The notes under the pieces: model-generated | The model's input: the letters and a program-made list of their open reading frames with translations, nothing else | What the model was told of the DNA's origin: nothing | Database searches by the model: none | Assembly (NCBI GenBank): GCA_964016885.1 | Contig: OZ024751.1 | Span: forward strand, 21,266,001-21,330,000 | Source: Eledone cirrhosa | Taxonomy: Eukaryota | Length of the DNA stretch: 64,000 nt | Reading direction: 5' to 3' | Shown: positions 11,855 through 26,866 of the stretch, in pieces | How positions within the stretch are numbered: the first letter of the stretch is position 1 | How the letters are laid out: every line of letters begins with the position of its first letter | Program-made: the position numbers and the translations under genes

Positions 11855-12760
11855 GTCACCCAACCAGCCTGCCAACCACCCAACTAACTTGCCCTACTAA
11901 GTTAACAAGAAACCAACCAGTTAACCAACCAGCCAATCAGTTAACCAGCTAACTATACTAAGTTACCAGGCAACAAAACAATCAGTCAGCCCACCCGCCA
12001 ACGCTAGCAGACAGCCAATCAGACAGCCAGCCAGTCAACCAGCCAGCCAACCAGCCAATCAGACAGCAACCAGCCAGACAGCCAGCCAACCAACCAACGC
12101 TAGCTCACAGCCAGCCAACCAGCCAGACAGCCAGCCAACCAGCCAGACCGCCAGCCAACCAGCCAGACAGCCAGCCAACCAGCCAGACAGCCAGCCAACC
12201 AGCCAACCAAACGCCAACCAGCTAGACAACCAGCCAGCCAACCAGCAAGAGAGCCAGCCAACCAGCCAGCTAGACAGCCAGCCAACCAACCAACCAGCCA
12301 GCCAGCCAACCAACCAGCCCTACCAAGTTAACAAGGACCCACTCAGCCAACCAGCCAGAAACCAGCCAACCAGCCAACCAGCCAGCCAGCCAACTAACCA
12401 GCCCTACCAAGTTAACGAGGACCCACTCAGCCAACCAGCCAGAAACCAGCCAACCAGCCAACCAGCCAGCCAGCCAACTAACCAGCCCTACCAAGTTAAC
12501 AAGGACCACTCAGCCAGCCCTCAGCCAACCAGCCAGCCACCCAGCCAACCAGCCAGACAGCCAGCCAACCAGCCTACCAGCCAGCCAGCCAACCAACCAG
12601 CCCTTCCAAGTTAACAAGGACCCACTCAGCCAGCCGCTCAGCCAACCAGCCAGCCACTCAGCCAACCAGCCAGACAGCCAGCCAACCAGCTTACCAGCCT
12701 TCCAGCCAACCAACCAGCCCTACCAAGTTAACAAGGACCCACTCAGCCAGCCAGCCAGAC
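11855..12760. repeat. (CCAG/CCAA)n-derived satellite with a higher-order unit
   Basis: CCCTACCAAGTTAACAAGGACC recurs at ~12318, 12402, 12487, 12601 and 12718. Confidence 0.85.
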
Positions 12761-12889
12761 AACAATCTTGATGGCTGGTTTTTGGCTTGTTGGGTTAAAA
12801 ACGTTAAATTGCATCCTTTAACTTTCCAATAAAATGTGTCTTCCCCACCCTTTCTGTTCTTACCTCTCCCCCTTCCAAAGCTTAGTCAC

Positions 12890-14177
12890 AACCAACCCAA
12901 CAAACACAGCCAACAGCATCAACAACAACAACATCATCACCAGCACCCTCAACACCAACAACACCAACAACACCAACACAACAAACACCACTACCGCCAT
13001 CAACAACACAACAATCAACACCAGCAACAGCAACAGCTACAACATCAACATCAACATCAACAACAACATCAACAACAAACACAACAGTAACCACCCTCAA
13101 CACCAACACAACCACCACCACCGCAACCAACAGCAATACCACAATCACACCAACACCAACACCACCACCAACACCAACATACCACCACCACCAACACCAA
13201 CACCACCACCAACACCACCAACACCACAACCAACAGAAACACCAACACCACCACCAACACTACCACCACCACCAACACCAACACCACCACCACCATCAAT
13301 ATCACAACCAACAGCAACACCAACACTACCACCAACACCACCACCAACACTACCACCACCACCAACACTACCACCACCACCAACACCAACACCACCACCA
13401 CCACCAATACCACAACCAACAGCAACACCAACACCACCACCAACACTACCACCAACACCCCCGCCACCACCACCTCCACCACCACCACCACCACCTCCAC
13501 CACCACCACCACCAATACCACCACCACCACCACCACCAACACTACCACCAACACCACCACCACCACCACCACCACCACCAACAACAACACCAACACCACA
13601 ACCACCAACACTACTACCACCACCACCAACACCACCAAAACCACCACCACCAACACTACCACCAACACCATCACCAACACCACCAACACTACCACCACCA
13701 CCACCACCACCACCACCACCAACACCACCAACACCACTACCACCACCACCACCACCACTACCACCAACAACAACATCAACAACATATCAAGCTCTCCTGC
13801 CAGCTAACCTTGCTTGTCATCTTTTCCTCTAACCGAGTTTCTTTCAGCGAAATTAGCAGAGTTCCTAGGAAATGGAGTGGGAGGAGGAGTGGGTAATAGT
13901 AAGAGGTAGAACAGTGACAGAGGGAAAGATAGAGTGACAGAGTGACAGGGTAAAGGAGAAGAGAGAGGGGGTGGGCAGAAGAGTTAGATTGAAAGAGAAT
14001 GTAAGGCAGAGCAGATCATGATTACGTCACCAGAGGGCATATTTCCTGTCAAGCCTGATGAATAATCCGGAACACATCCTCACACACACACACACACACA
14101 CATACACACACAGGCGCGTGCACACACACACAGGCACACACACAGGCACACACACACACAAACACACTCACACACAG

Positions 14178-14210
<33 letters not shown>

Positions 14211-14845
14211 GGCACACACACAGGCACACACACATACACTCACAGACAGGCACACACAGGCACACACACACACACGCACAAAGGCACACACACAGGCACA
14301 CACACATACACTCACAGACAGGCACACACAGGCACACACACACACACACACACACACACAGGCACACACACAGGCACACACACACAGGCACACACAAACA
14401 CACACATTCACACACGCATGCACATACACACATATACTCACAGGAGCACACATACACACTGGAGTACACACACATACATACATGCAATCAAACACTCACT
14501 CACACATACGCATGCACATATACACAGGAGCACATACGCATACGTACATACACACTCACAAACACACACGAGCCGGCAAGTACATACGCACCCGCACAAG
14601 CATGCACATACACACATACATATACATACACGCAAAAACATGCTCACCACGCACACACGCATGTACACAAACACACACATGCTTACAAACACAAACACAT
14701 ACATGCTCACAAACGCACTCCCATGCGCGCAAACACACACACATAACGTGCGTGCCCACAAACGCACTCACATGCACTCAAACACACACACACACAAACG
14801 TACGTGCACAGTCACACGTATGCATGTACACACACGCACACGTAT
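12890..14845. repeat. (CAA/CCA)n and (CA)n low-complexity tracts
   Basis: Direct reading. Confidence 0.9.
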
Positions 14846-14897
14846 AGATTCACATATAAATCTATTACTGAGTAACAACAGAATATAATCCTAGTAA

Positions 14898-15087
14898 AAT
14901 AATTGTTTCTACTTTTTGTCACAAGGCCAGCAATTACCCCAGTGCATTACTGGTACTTTATTTTATCAACCCCGTAAGGAAGCAAAGTTAACCTCGGCGG
15001 AATTTGAACTCAGAATGGCAAGGGCCGTAACTCTATGCTGCAAAGTATAGCGTCCGACCCTCTACCGTTACTGCCAATCCACCGTCC
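14898..15087 (-). mobile_element. SINE S1 copy
   Basis: Reverse complement of 611-794. Confidence 0.85.
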
Positions 15088-15280
15088 TAATTCCAGTAAT
15101 ATAATAACACAGATAACTCTAACGTAGTATTGAGCATTCTTACGAATATTACGCATACACAAACACACACACACACATACACAGATACACACTCATACAC
15201 ATACGTATGTATGTTATATTGTCCGTTCCTTCCTCTTCCCACTTTTTATCTTTCTATTTTATCTTCCATTTCTAAATCTA

Positions 15281-15315
15281 TCTTCTGATGAAAGACTAGT
15301 GACCGAAACGTTTAG
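15281..15315 (+). ncRNA. Minimal PLE-type hammerhead motif, degenerate (family E)
   Basis: CTGATGA..CCGAAACGTT; downstream ~90 bp homologous to 25600-25690. Confidence 0.55.
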
Positions 15316-15422
15316 TTTCTTTTCCTGCTATGTCAAGCGTTAAATTAATATATTTCTTCAGTGTACCGTGTCGTTTGCTCTGTTATTTTTGTTCATCTTT
15401 TACATATACACATATATACACA

Positions 15423-15453
<31 letters not shown>

Positions 15454-15462
15454 TATATAGAT

Positions 15463-16016
15463 AAATTTCTTTATTAGCCACAAGGGCACAAACGAAGGGG
15501 ACAAATACAAACGGGGAGTTTACATACAGGTATATGAAAATAAAACTATTAATAAAACAACAAATAACAATTGAAATCCCCAATAGGGGGGAGGTATTAC
15601 ACAGGGGTTGTACACACCCCGAAAAAATGTACAACCCTCATCTCCAGGAGCACCAAGAGTGAGTACTCCCTTCCTCTCTTCCTCTTTTTCCTCAACCTAC
15701 AGGCTTATATAGAGAGAAGGGCCAACCACTCGGGCCATCTTTGCCACATTCACCCACCTTTTATAAAATGTGCTGGGGTACAGCACCTCTCTCTCCATCC
15801 TGATTCTTCTTCCAAAATGATATTTGAAAAAACGAATCAGTTGCTCGCCGGAGAGAAAGGTGTCTGACTTCAGCCCTTTTAACCTCGTCCACCATATAAC
15901 CTCTTTCACCATAGCCATAACACATAAGAAAACCGCCTCGCCCTCGTTTTTGAAGGAGGGTGGCGGTTTGATCATGACAATGGACTCGGTGGTCAACTGG
16001 ATTGGTCCCACCCGCG

Positions 16017-16017
<1 letters not shown>
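15463..16017 (-). mobile_element. 5'-truncated Tx1 copy, minus strand, next to (GATA)n
   Basis: SRVGPIQLTTESIV...GPSLYISL; terminal CCCTTGTGGCTAATAAAGAAA; same orientation relative to the repeat as the plus-strand copies. Confidence 0.92.
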
Positions 16018-16091
<74 letters not shown>

Positions 16092-16335
16092 TACTCAATG
16101 CACGGGGAGATGACTTAAAAATCCACTAAAATATTATAAGTAGAATAAACGATGTAATAAAAAAGATACGTTGTACAAACTTTATAACCGTCACCTGACA
16201 TTTGTAGTTTCTGTCCATCTAATTTTTTTATGTTGAAAAATAAATCTGATTTGCTCATTCCAAAATAGTAATATATTATATAAATTTATATATTATATAT
16301 CATATATTATAATATCATATATTGTATATTATATG

Positions 16336-16380
<45 letters not shown>

Positions 16381-16387
16381 CAGAAAT

Positions 16388-16438
16388 GGCTTCTACAGGA
16401 CTAGAACTGTCTTATTCGGGAGAAATCATCAGGAAGCC
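16388..16438 (-). ncRNA. Type I hammerhead (family A), GAAA mutated; left arm of fold-back 16378-16556
   Basis: GGCTTC-CTGATGA-TTTCTCCCGAAT-AAGACAG..CTGTA-GAAGCC. Confidence 0.7.
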
Positions 16439-16729
16439 CATTCTTCCGAATAAAACGGTTATAGTCCTGGAGAAGCCATTTCTGTATTAAATATTTATAC
16501 TCTATTATGTATTGAGTACCTTACTTACTGTGCTTAACCCCGATTGAACCCGGGATAAGCATATATATATATATGCAGAGGTTATATTTAATTTGTTGGG
16601 ATTCAACAAGCTTAAAAATTGTTATAACTGATATAAAGCACTCAACAAGTTAGTGGAGTAAATGAAGCTCCAACCGTTAAGGTTGTCTTTTTTCCGGGTA
16701 TGTCAATATTTATTTATAAAACAAATCTG

Positions 16730-16795
16730 TATTTTATCTGATGAAAGCGCACCATAATTTGCCATGGTTGCCCTTGAAATATATATAATAAAATA
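16730..16795 (+). ncRNA. Type I hammerhead (family B)
   Basis: TATTTTAT-CTGATGA-stem II-GAAA-TATATA-TA-ATAAAATA with perfect 8-bp stem I. Confidence 0.85.
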
Positions 16796-16826
16796 TATAT
16801 GGTTTTATAAATATAGTTTCCATTTA

Positions 16827-16872
<46 letters not shown>

Positions 16873-17425
16873 ATATATATATTTCACGTTGTTCCAGTCC
16901 ACTCAGCTGGTAAAATTGAGTTGTACCTGTAATCCATGGGGACAGCCTCATTACACATGTCATCATGCTGAATCTCCCTGAGAACTATGTCAAGAATGCT
17001 TGTGTATGTTGTATATATATATATATATATATAGTCGTGGAGGTGCCACGGCAAAAAAAGCACCTAGTACTCACTGTAAATGAGGTTGGTGTATATATAT
17101 ATATTATATGTACGTAGGTATGTTATATTTATATATAAGCAAGTAAAACGGATAGAAAAATGAAATTGGAAGAATGTTCTTGAACACAATGGAACTGAAG
17201 AATACAAAATAAATAATAATAATAATAATAAAACCTGAATATTGGTGTATGGTGCAATCTGTCCTACATAGAATGATGCAATGGAATGGGTAAATTTCGT
17301 GAGTCTAGAATCTAATAATGTGTTTGTGTGTGAATTGCAACAGCTATTGCTTTGGAACTTGGTTCCAATCAATATTATGTATGTAGTGTAGTGTATATAC
17401 TAACTACAACAGCAGCAGTAGCAGC

Positions 17426-17474
<49 letters not shown>

Positions 17475-17802
17475 ATGGCAGCAGTAGCGACGGTGGTGGC
17501 ATATTATTCACTGTATCTGATCTCGCCATGTGGTCCTAGAACATATATTGGTTTTCTGTGTTCTGTGTTTTGTACACAAACACAAAAAGAACACAAGCAC
17601 CCGCGGACTGGCGGACACAAACACACAAACACACAAACACACACACACACACACATGGACACACACACATAAAAACAACCAAATAAATACATGCATACAT
17701 ATATACATAAACACCTATACATACATACACGCATAAACATGAATATATGTATGTTAATGTATATATATTTGCATATAAATACATATATGCATACACACAC
17801 AC

Positions 17803-17870
<68 letters not shown>

Positions 17871-17968
17871 CGTTATAGCCACTTATATATTATGAAATAC
17901 TGTTAGCTTCACGCTCACAATAATTTCTATACTTTCATTTATATATATATATATATAAATATAATATG

Positions 17969-18005
<37 letters not shown>

Positions 18006-18074
18006 GTATATATATGTATATATATATGAATATATATGTGAATATATATGTGTATATACATATATATGTATATA

Positions 18075-18162
<88 letters not shown>

Positions 18163-18163
18163 T

Positions 18164-18206
<43 letters not shown>

Positions 18207-18227
18207 TATACATACATATATATATAC

Positions 18228-18379
<152 letters not shown>

Positions 18380-18405
18380 CGAGAGAGAAAGAGAAAGATA
18401 TAGAT

Positions 18406-18442
<37 letters not shown>

Positions 18443-18468
18443 GAGAGAGTGATAGAGAGTGAGAGACC

Positions 18469-18502
<34 letters not shown>

Positions 18503-18837
18503 TCACTATAAATCGATATTACATCAATATTCTCTCACAACACCAATTTATATTATCCAACACCAATAAGATAATAAAACTAAAAACTAATACACGTACT
18601 TCCAAACCGTATATGTGTTACATATGGAAATATATCTAGTTTACCCGGGTTTCATATAATCCTGCTCGTGTGAAGATTGAGACCATCAGTTTAATGGGTA
18701 CATTGTTAATGCTGTTATTGTTATTGCTGTTGTTTAGTCCCAAGTCAGCCCCTGATTCAGTAAACATTTGACACTGAAAATTGTTTGCATTGTTATCATT
18801 CTCAACTATGTTTTATGATTGATTATGTGGCAGATTT

Positions 18838-19182
18838 AGCGGTAGATTGGCAGATCAGTAGAGCGTCAGGCAATATGCTTTACGACATATAGTTACGGCC
18901 CTTTACGTTCTGAGATCAAATCCTAACGAGGTTAGCTTTGACTTTCATCCTTACGGGGTCGATAAAATAAAATACCAGTAATGCACTAGGGTCGATATAA
19001 TAGACTTCCCCATTCCCTTCAAATTGCTGGCCTTGTGACAACATGTAGAAACAATTCTTATTCGGTAGACTTTTTAGTGTCTCCCATGAAATACATTGCA
19101 TTATTCGTTATGAGCTAGGTTCAAATAGTTCTAAATTCAAATCCCGTCATAGTCAACTTTGCATTTAGTCCTTCCAGGGTCG

Positions 19183-19187
<5 letters not shown>
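18838..19187 (+). mobile_element. SINE S1 copy plus adjacent partial copy
   Basis: Head, B box, core and tail are recognisable. Confidence 0.8.
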
Positions 19188-19235
<48 letters not shown>

Positions 19236-19360
19236 AAATTTCTATTTAAAATTGTTGGGATACAAGTAAATATTTTTACAACTGATATAAAGCACTCGAC
19301 AAGTATTTGGAGTAGATATACGATATTAATAAATGGAAACTATATTTATAAAAGCATATT

Positions 19361-19425
19361 TATTTCATTATACATATTTCAGGGATACCAAATTAAATTA
19401 TGGTATGCCTTCATCAGACAAAATA
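19361..19425 (-). ncRNA. Type I hammerhead (family B) followed by tail 19233-19360
   Basis: TATTTTGT-CTGATGA-AGGCATACCA..TGGTATCCCT-GAAA-TATGTA-TA-ATGAAATA. Confidence 0.8.
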
Positions 19426-19442
19426 CAATATATAACAGTTTT

Positions 19443-19546
<104 letters not shown>

Positions 19547-19656
19547 TCATAGAGACATAGCCAGGAAAATCAGTTGGATATTCTCTTTATATATATTCAT
19601 ATATATTCTCATACTTGTAATTGGATAACATCTAATATTACCCACATTCATTATAT

Positions 19657-19756
19657 CGAGGTTGACTTTGCCTTTCATCCTTACGGGGTCGATAAAATAA
19701 AGTACCAGTAATGTACTGGGTAATTGCTGGCCTTGTGCCAATAGTAGAAACAATTA
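19657..19756 (+). mobile_element. 5'-truncated SINE S1
   Basis: Core + tail only. Confidence 0.8.
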
Positions 19757-20184
19757 TATATAATATAATATAATACATATTTATATACATACATAAATGT
19801 GTGTGTGTGTGTTTGTGTATGTATATGTGTGTATATGTATAGAAACGTATTTATATATACATACCGTATTATAGTACAGTAAGTGAAATATTTACGCTAC
19901 TACAGTAAATTTGAAAAGTGCTTTTGTTGGAGAACAAAATAAATAAGACAGAAAAAAAGAGATTAAAATTGAGTTAAGAAAACACCCATAAGGGAAATGT
20001 CAAAAATATTTATGTATTGTGTCAAAATTTATCAAAAACTAGATCACATTATCAACATATCATAACATATGAATAAGAGGAATTAAATAGTGAAGGTCGC
20101 GTGGGCAAATGTTTCGCGATGCTGGTCTCCTCATCATGAACTAGTCTGTTTAATTCTTGGACCAGATGGTGCATTATATTTTTT

Positions 20185-20370
20185 GTGGATTGGCAGTATC
20201 GGTAGAGGGTCGGACGCCATGCTTTCCAGCATAGTTACGTCCCTTTATGATCTGAGTTCAAATCTCGCCGAGGTTGACTTTGCCTTTTATCCTTACGGGG
20301 TCGATAAAATAAAGTACCAGTAATGCACTGGGTAATTGCTGGCCTTGTGCCTAAAGTAGAAACAATTATA
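20185..20370 (+). mobile_element. SINE S1 copy
   Basis: Full head-core-tail match. Confidence 0.85.
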
Positions 20371-21346
20371 TTTTTTAAGAATACACTTCGTTTTATGTTG
20401 TATTTGTCGTGGTAGTACTTGGGTCCCTATTATTAAAACATTCGAAAACAACTTCCTATAGAGTCCAGCTAAACCTGTGTAAGTGTGAGATAGAAATTTC
20501 GTTTCATTTTTCATTTCAGTTAAACTAATATTGTAATAAATCATCTTTGAGTTAACAAATAGTCTTTTAGTTAACAGGTTCGTTTGCTAACAACTTTGTT
20601 TTGAGTACATTCTGACCGAGCGCCATTTTAAGGAACCACCCTTAATTATCTATGTATAATTATGGGTAGTGTTCCGTAGGGGATTGACAAACAAAGAACA
20701 GATAGTTTAATAAAGTGCCCAATAGGCTAATAGAGAAAGAACATATTTATTTTATATAAAAATGACTTCTACAGGACTAGAACTGTTTCATTCGCGTAAT
20801 ATGATATGCATTCAAAGTTACAAAATTAAACTTATACACCAGAGGATCATTTTCCACAGACGAAAATGTATGACAGAAATGTATAAAGTTTAAAATGTCG
20901 AAAAATGCTGCGTTGTCATTTCTCATCGTTTCTCACTATGTAGGCTCTTCATTGCATACAGTACCGCGCTGTCAAACATTATTTGGAAAATTCCAACTGA
21001 AGAGACTAAAATAAATCTAAAATGGATGACCTTTGAGATCAAACTATTCCATTTATAAATGGGTTCAAGAAATATGATCTTTGCAGAACATGAAAAGTTT
21101 ATATAATCCAAAACTTTACTCTAAATCAGACATCTGATCTCATTTTGACATGCTATGAAATTTCTACTGAAGAATATTAAAAGCAAATACGAGTCACATA
21201 GTGACTATCACATTCAACAATCTCTGCAACACCAGATGCTTCGAGTCAACAAAAGAGCGTCCATCTATCTGGTTACTAGAAATACCAGAAATAGCACCTG
21301 CTTCTTCTTCAAACCACAACCAATCGTTTAAAAAGAAGAGAAATAA

Positions 21347-21418
<72 letters not shown>

Positions 21419-21508
21419 ATATATATGATTTATTTCTCTTTTTAAACGATTGTCCAGAAATAGCCGTCGAAACGGCTTCAGATCTGCCGTCGGGGGGTCA
21501 AACTTGTT

Positions 21509-21910
<402 letters not shown>

Positions 21911-21920
21911 GAGGGGATCA

Positions 21921-21989
<69 letters not shown>

Positions 21990-22198
21990 GTATGTAGTTG
22001 ACGGACGTGAGAAAAGAGTACTCAATACCGAAGTAGAGTTTAAATATTCACTATATATATATATATGTATATTTATTTATTTTAGCTAAGTAGTGAGTGT
22101 TGTTACTCTGGAGATTCACGTGCGCACTCACAGAATCTGCACAGATGAAACTCCCGAGTAACAAGACCCACTATTTAGCTATGATATATATATATGTG

Positions 22199-22341
<143 letters not shown>

Positions 22342-22384
22342 AAATATGATAATAATGGAGCTGCGGCGCTGCAAATGGGTTACA

Positions 22385-22740
22385 TATGAAAAAGTTTGTC
22401 CTCATCAGTGGCCATCCAACCGTCGTAGGCATTTCGTCGCATTAAAGACCATATACCTCAGGTTGGTGCGAGCAACGGCTAAAAAAAAGTCGTTGGGACA
22501 CGTAAATAAGGGGGACGCTAGGGTAAACAGACAAAATGGTTTAAGCAGCAGAAAGTGATGAAGAAGTAAACAAGTCCCAGATTTCTATGAATATAAATTC
22601 GGTGGAATCGTGAACGAGAGAATAAAGACCATCAAACCTGGTTGAAATGTGAGCAAGGAAGGAATTTCGCACAGGTCTAACGGGAGGAAGAAGGGGTCTG
22701 GTCTGCGAATTCGGTAAACATAAGTTCTGTGAAGTCGCAG
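22385..22740. repeat. Unclassified dispersed repeat, copy 1
   Basis: Highly similar to 46157-46510. Confidence 0.8.
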
Positions 22741-22828
<88 letters not shown>

Positions 22829-23184
22829 GAAGGAAAGTAACTTGGGATAATAAAGGTTTTTACCGATCAAGTATCATTTTGAGATAACACACCGCCGCCA
22901 CCGCCACCTCCACCACCAACAGTAACAGAACCACATGCCAAAAAGGGATATTTTACATGACCACTCGACATCGTAATGAAAAAAAAAATCGAACAATTCT
23001 CTCTCAAATTACAAAAAAATTAGGAAGACATATTAGATTATGTAGTTCTAGATAGACATTGCTTAAATAAAATATAGAATGGTGACAGCTGGGGAGTCTT
23101 CGATCATTGGCCTGTTTCATCAGATTTGTCTAGGAGCTGAATCGCAGCTGTTCACCTAATTAGAGATAGACTTTGTCTGAAAAA

Positions 23185-23878
23185 TAATGGTTTCTAATTT
23201 TAGCACAAGGCCGACAATTTAAGAGGGCGCGGGCGAGTAAATTGTTTATATCCAGACCGTTATTCTATTTCATTGACCTTGGAAGGACGAGAGGAAAAGT
23301 TGACCTCTACGGAATTTGAACTCTGAGTGTAAATAGCCGGAACAATATCGCCCAGCATTTGTTCGACGCTCTAACGATTCTGCCAATTCACCGCCCTTTG
23401 TTTGTCTGCAAAATAATTCTTTCTACATTTGGCACCAGGCAAAGAACTTTAGTGAAGGTGGAAGTCGATTAAATCGGCACCAGTGAGTTACTGGTACTTT
23501 ATTTTATCGACCATGTAATGATTAAAGGCAAAGCTAACTTCGGTGGAATTTAGACTCACAACATAAAAGGCCATAACTATATACCGCAAAGCCTGTTGTA
23601 TGTTGTTCTACCGATCCTGGTACTTTATTTTATCGACCCGGTAGTGATGAAAGGCAAAGCTAACCTCGGTGGAATTTGAACGCAAAACGTAAAGGGTCGT
23701 TACTGCATGCCACAAAACATGTTGTCGGATGCTCTACCGATAGTGCTACTTTATTTTATCGACCCCCATAAAGAGGAAAAGCAAAGTTAAACTAGACAGG
23801 ATTTGAACTCGGAACGTAAAGAGTCGTAATTAAAGCATTCTGCTCAATGCTCTTTTGATACCGCCAATCTACTGCCAT
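23185..23878 (-). mobile_element. Cluster of diverged S1-like SINEs including a tandem trimer of head+core (~125-bp period)
   Basis: TACTTTATTTTATCGACC repeated near 23495, 23621 and 23747. Confidence 0.75.
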
Positions 23879-24302
23879 CCTGGGGTTACATATTAACAAT
23901 ATGAACAAGAAAGAAACTTCTCTCCTTGGAAAGAAAACAAATTAATAAAGAATACTTTTAAGTTGTATGTAACAATAATTATTTCAAATCGACAGTTACC
24001 TGTAAAAATAAAAGAAGAAAAAGATTACAAAAAAAAAAAAAGTAACAACAACAACATTGTTACAATGAAAAAATATCCAGCTTGAAGGAAAAAAAAAGAA
24101 TTTCATTTAAAGAATATATTTAAAATCTATGTAAATCTATGTAAATATATGTAAATATATTTTAATTTATTTGGTTTCAAATAACTTCCTGTCATTCTCC
24201 TTCGGTTGTAAATCCTTACAGTAAGATAGGTAAATTGACGAGCTATCTAATGAGGTTATTTCACTCCTACACAAGCGATATATATATATATATATATATA
24301 TA

Positions 24303-24408
<106 letters not shown>

Positions 24409-24481
24409 CATATATATACATACACATATATATATACACACACACATATATATATAAATATATATATAAATATATATATAA

Positions 24482-24591
<110 letters not shown>

Positions 24592-24611
24592 GTATATATA
24601 TGTATATATAT

Positions 24612-24651
<40 letters not shown>

Positions 24652-24671
24652 ATATATATGTATATATATAT

Positions 24672-24750
<79 letters not shown>

Positions 24751-24897
24751 TATATACATATGAGTGTTTATGTGCGTTCGTGCGTTTTGCACCGATCTGC
24801 TATACTAGCCCACCGTGCCATCCCACCGCGTTCTTTGGGGCACATTGTTCATTTTTCTGATATATTTCTCTATATATGTGTATATAGTACACACACA

Positions 24898-24930
<33 letters not shown>

Positions 24931-25029
24931 ACAATCATCTACTAAAATGACATCTACACACATTAAGCTGATTACACATATACTAAGACATTAATTCGTA
25001 TTCACATATAGACAATGATTAAAAATATA

Positions 25030-25070
<41 letters not shown>

Positions 25071-25075
25071 GTATG

Positions 25076-25144
<69 letters not shown>

Positions 25145-25312
25145 ACATATATATATTTAAGTTTGTTGGTTCACCAGTGGGTAGAACTGGTCATTCCGTA
25201 TGGTCAACCTCGATGTAATATTAGGGAGAGCACTCGACGTAATGCAACTCACCCGTCTTCGTTTGTGTTGTTGGTGGTTCGAGTACGGAGCCAGTCCAGC
25301 CTCCTGTTATTT

Positions 25313-25399
<87 letters not shown>

Positions 25400-25568
25400 A
25401 CGCGCGCCATCATCCACTTTTCTAAAATAACAAATCATACACAAAAGGCCGCCACCAACAGTTTTGCAAGAGATGTCAACATGAATGGACCTATTATTTT
25501 TTTATCTAAAGACATTTTTTCCAATTCCATCCCGCCCGTCCCCTTAATCCATTTTATTTCTCATTCTT

Positions 25569-25604
25569 TCTTCTGATGAAGGACTAGCGTCCGAAACGTT
25601 AAAA
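25569..25604 (+). ncRNA. Minimal PLE-type hammerhead (family E)
   Basis: CTGATGA-A-GGAC-TAGC-GTCC-GAAA-CGTT with palindromic stem III. Confidence 0.7.
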
Positions 25605-26225
25605 CCCTCTTCCCGCTATATCAAGCGTTAACCTAATATATCCCTTCCATATACTGTACCGATTGTGTTGTTATTTCTGTTTACCTTTTACATACATACA
25701 CATATATATATATATATTTATTTATTTATGTACGTACGTATGTGTGTATTTGTGTATGTATTAATACATGGTATAAGTTGGATTGTTAAGGTACTAACAG
25801 TTTTAAAATCTATGTATATTACATTACCATGATATGTTTGACACGAGACATTACGCACTTCACTTACAACACAGAGTTATCTCCGTTACACGAAGCTATT
25901 TCATAGGTTTTAATAATCTATCCACCGGAAATAGCCATCGTTCAGGTTAATTTCGGATTTTAAAATGGCTGATAAATAGTGTTTGATAATGAGGAATATG
26001 TGCGTTTGTCTACAACGACTATGAAACTACTATATATATATATATACATATATATCCTTTCAATATATATATATATATATATTATAATACTCAATCCGAG
26101 GGACGAGGTTAAATTCAGACCGATCGTCGTAGTGATGTCATTGCTAACCGGGCCGCCTCCGTATCGATTCTTTGTTTATATTTTGTTGTTTCCCCAGTAG
26201 GGATTACAGAATTTTACTTGTTCAA

Positions 26226-26334
26226 TCCTTTATGTTCATTACATCTGAGGACGTCATGGATAATCTTGCGTCATGATCTGATGGCGAAGCCGACCCTAGA
26301 AATACGTATTGTGTAATTGTGGAACATTAAAGGA
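26226..26334 (+). ncRNA. Type I hammerhead-like motif with extended stem I and enlarged stem II domain (family F)
   Basis: ATTACAT-CTGAGGA...GAAA-TACGTA-TT-GTGTAAT; outer pairings ATGTTC/GAACAT and TCCTTT/AAAGGA. Confidence 0.65.
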
Positions 26335-26366
26335 ATATATTGGAATCCGACCTCCTTGTATTTTCA

Positions 26367-26429
<63 letters not shown>

Positions 26430-26499
26430 TACCCAATCTACTACCTCAAGTATCGAGTACTCTATTGAGTAATGGTCTAACTGTTTTTACTGCTTCCAT

Positions 26500-26571
<72 letters not shown>

Positions 26572-26581
26572 TCTTCTTCTT

Positions 26582-26779
<198 letters not shown>

Positions 26780-26795
26780 ATTGCTGTTGTTGTTG

Positions 26796-26866
<71 letters not shown>

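Noticed and set aside
12834-13832. 332-aa Pro/Thr-rich extensin-like ORF
   Set aside because: Pure (CCA/CAA)n translation, open in several frames, with no splice or domain support
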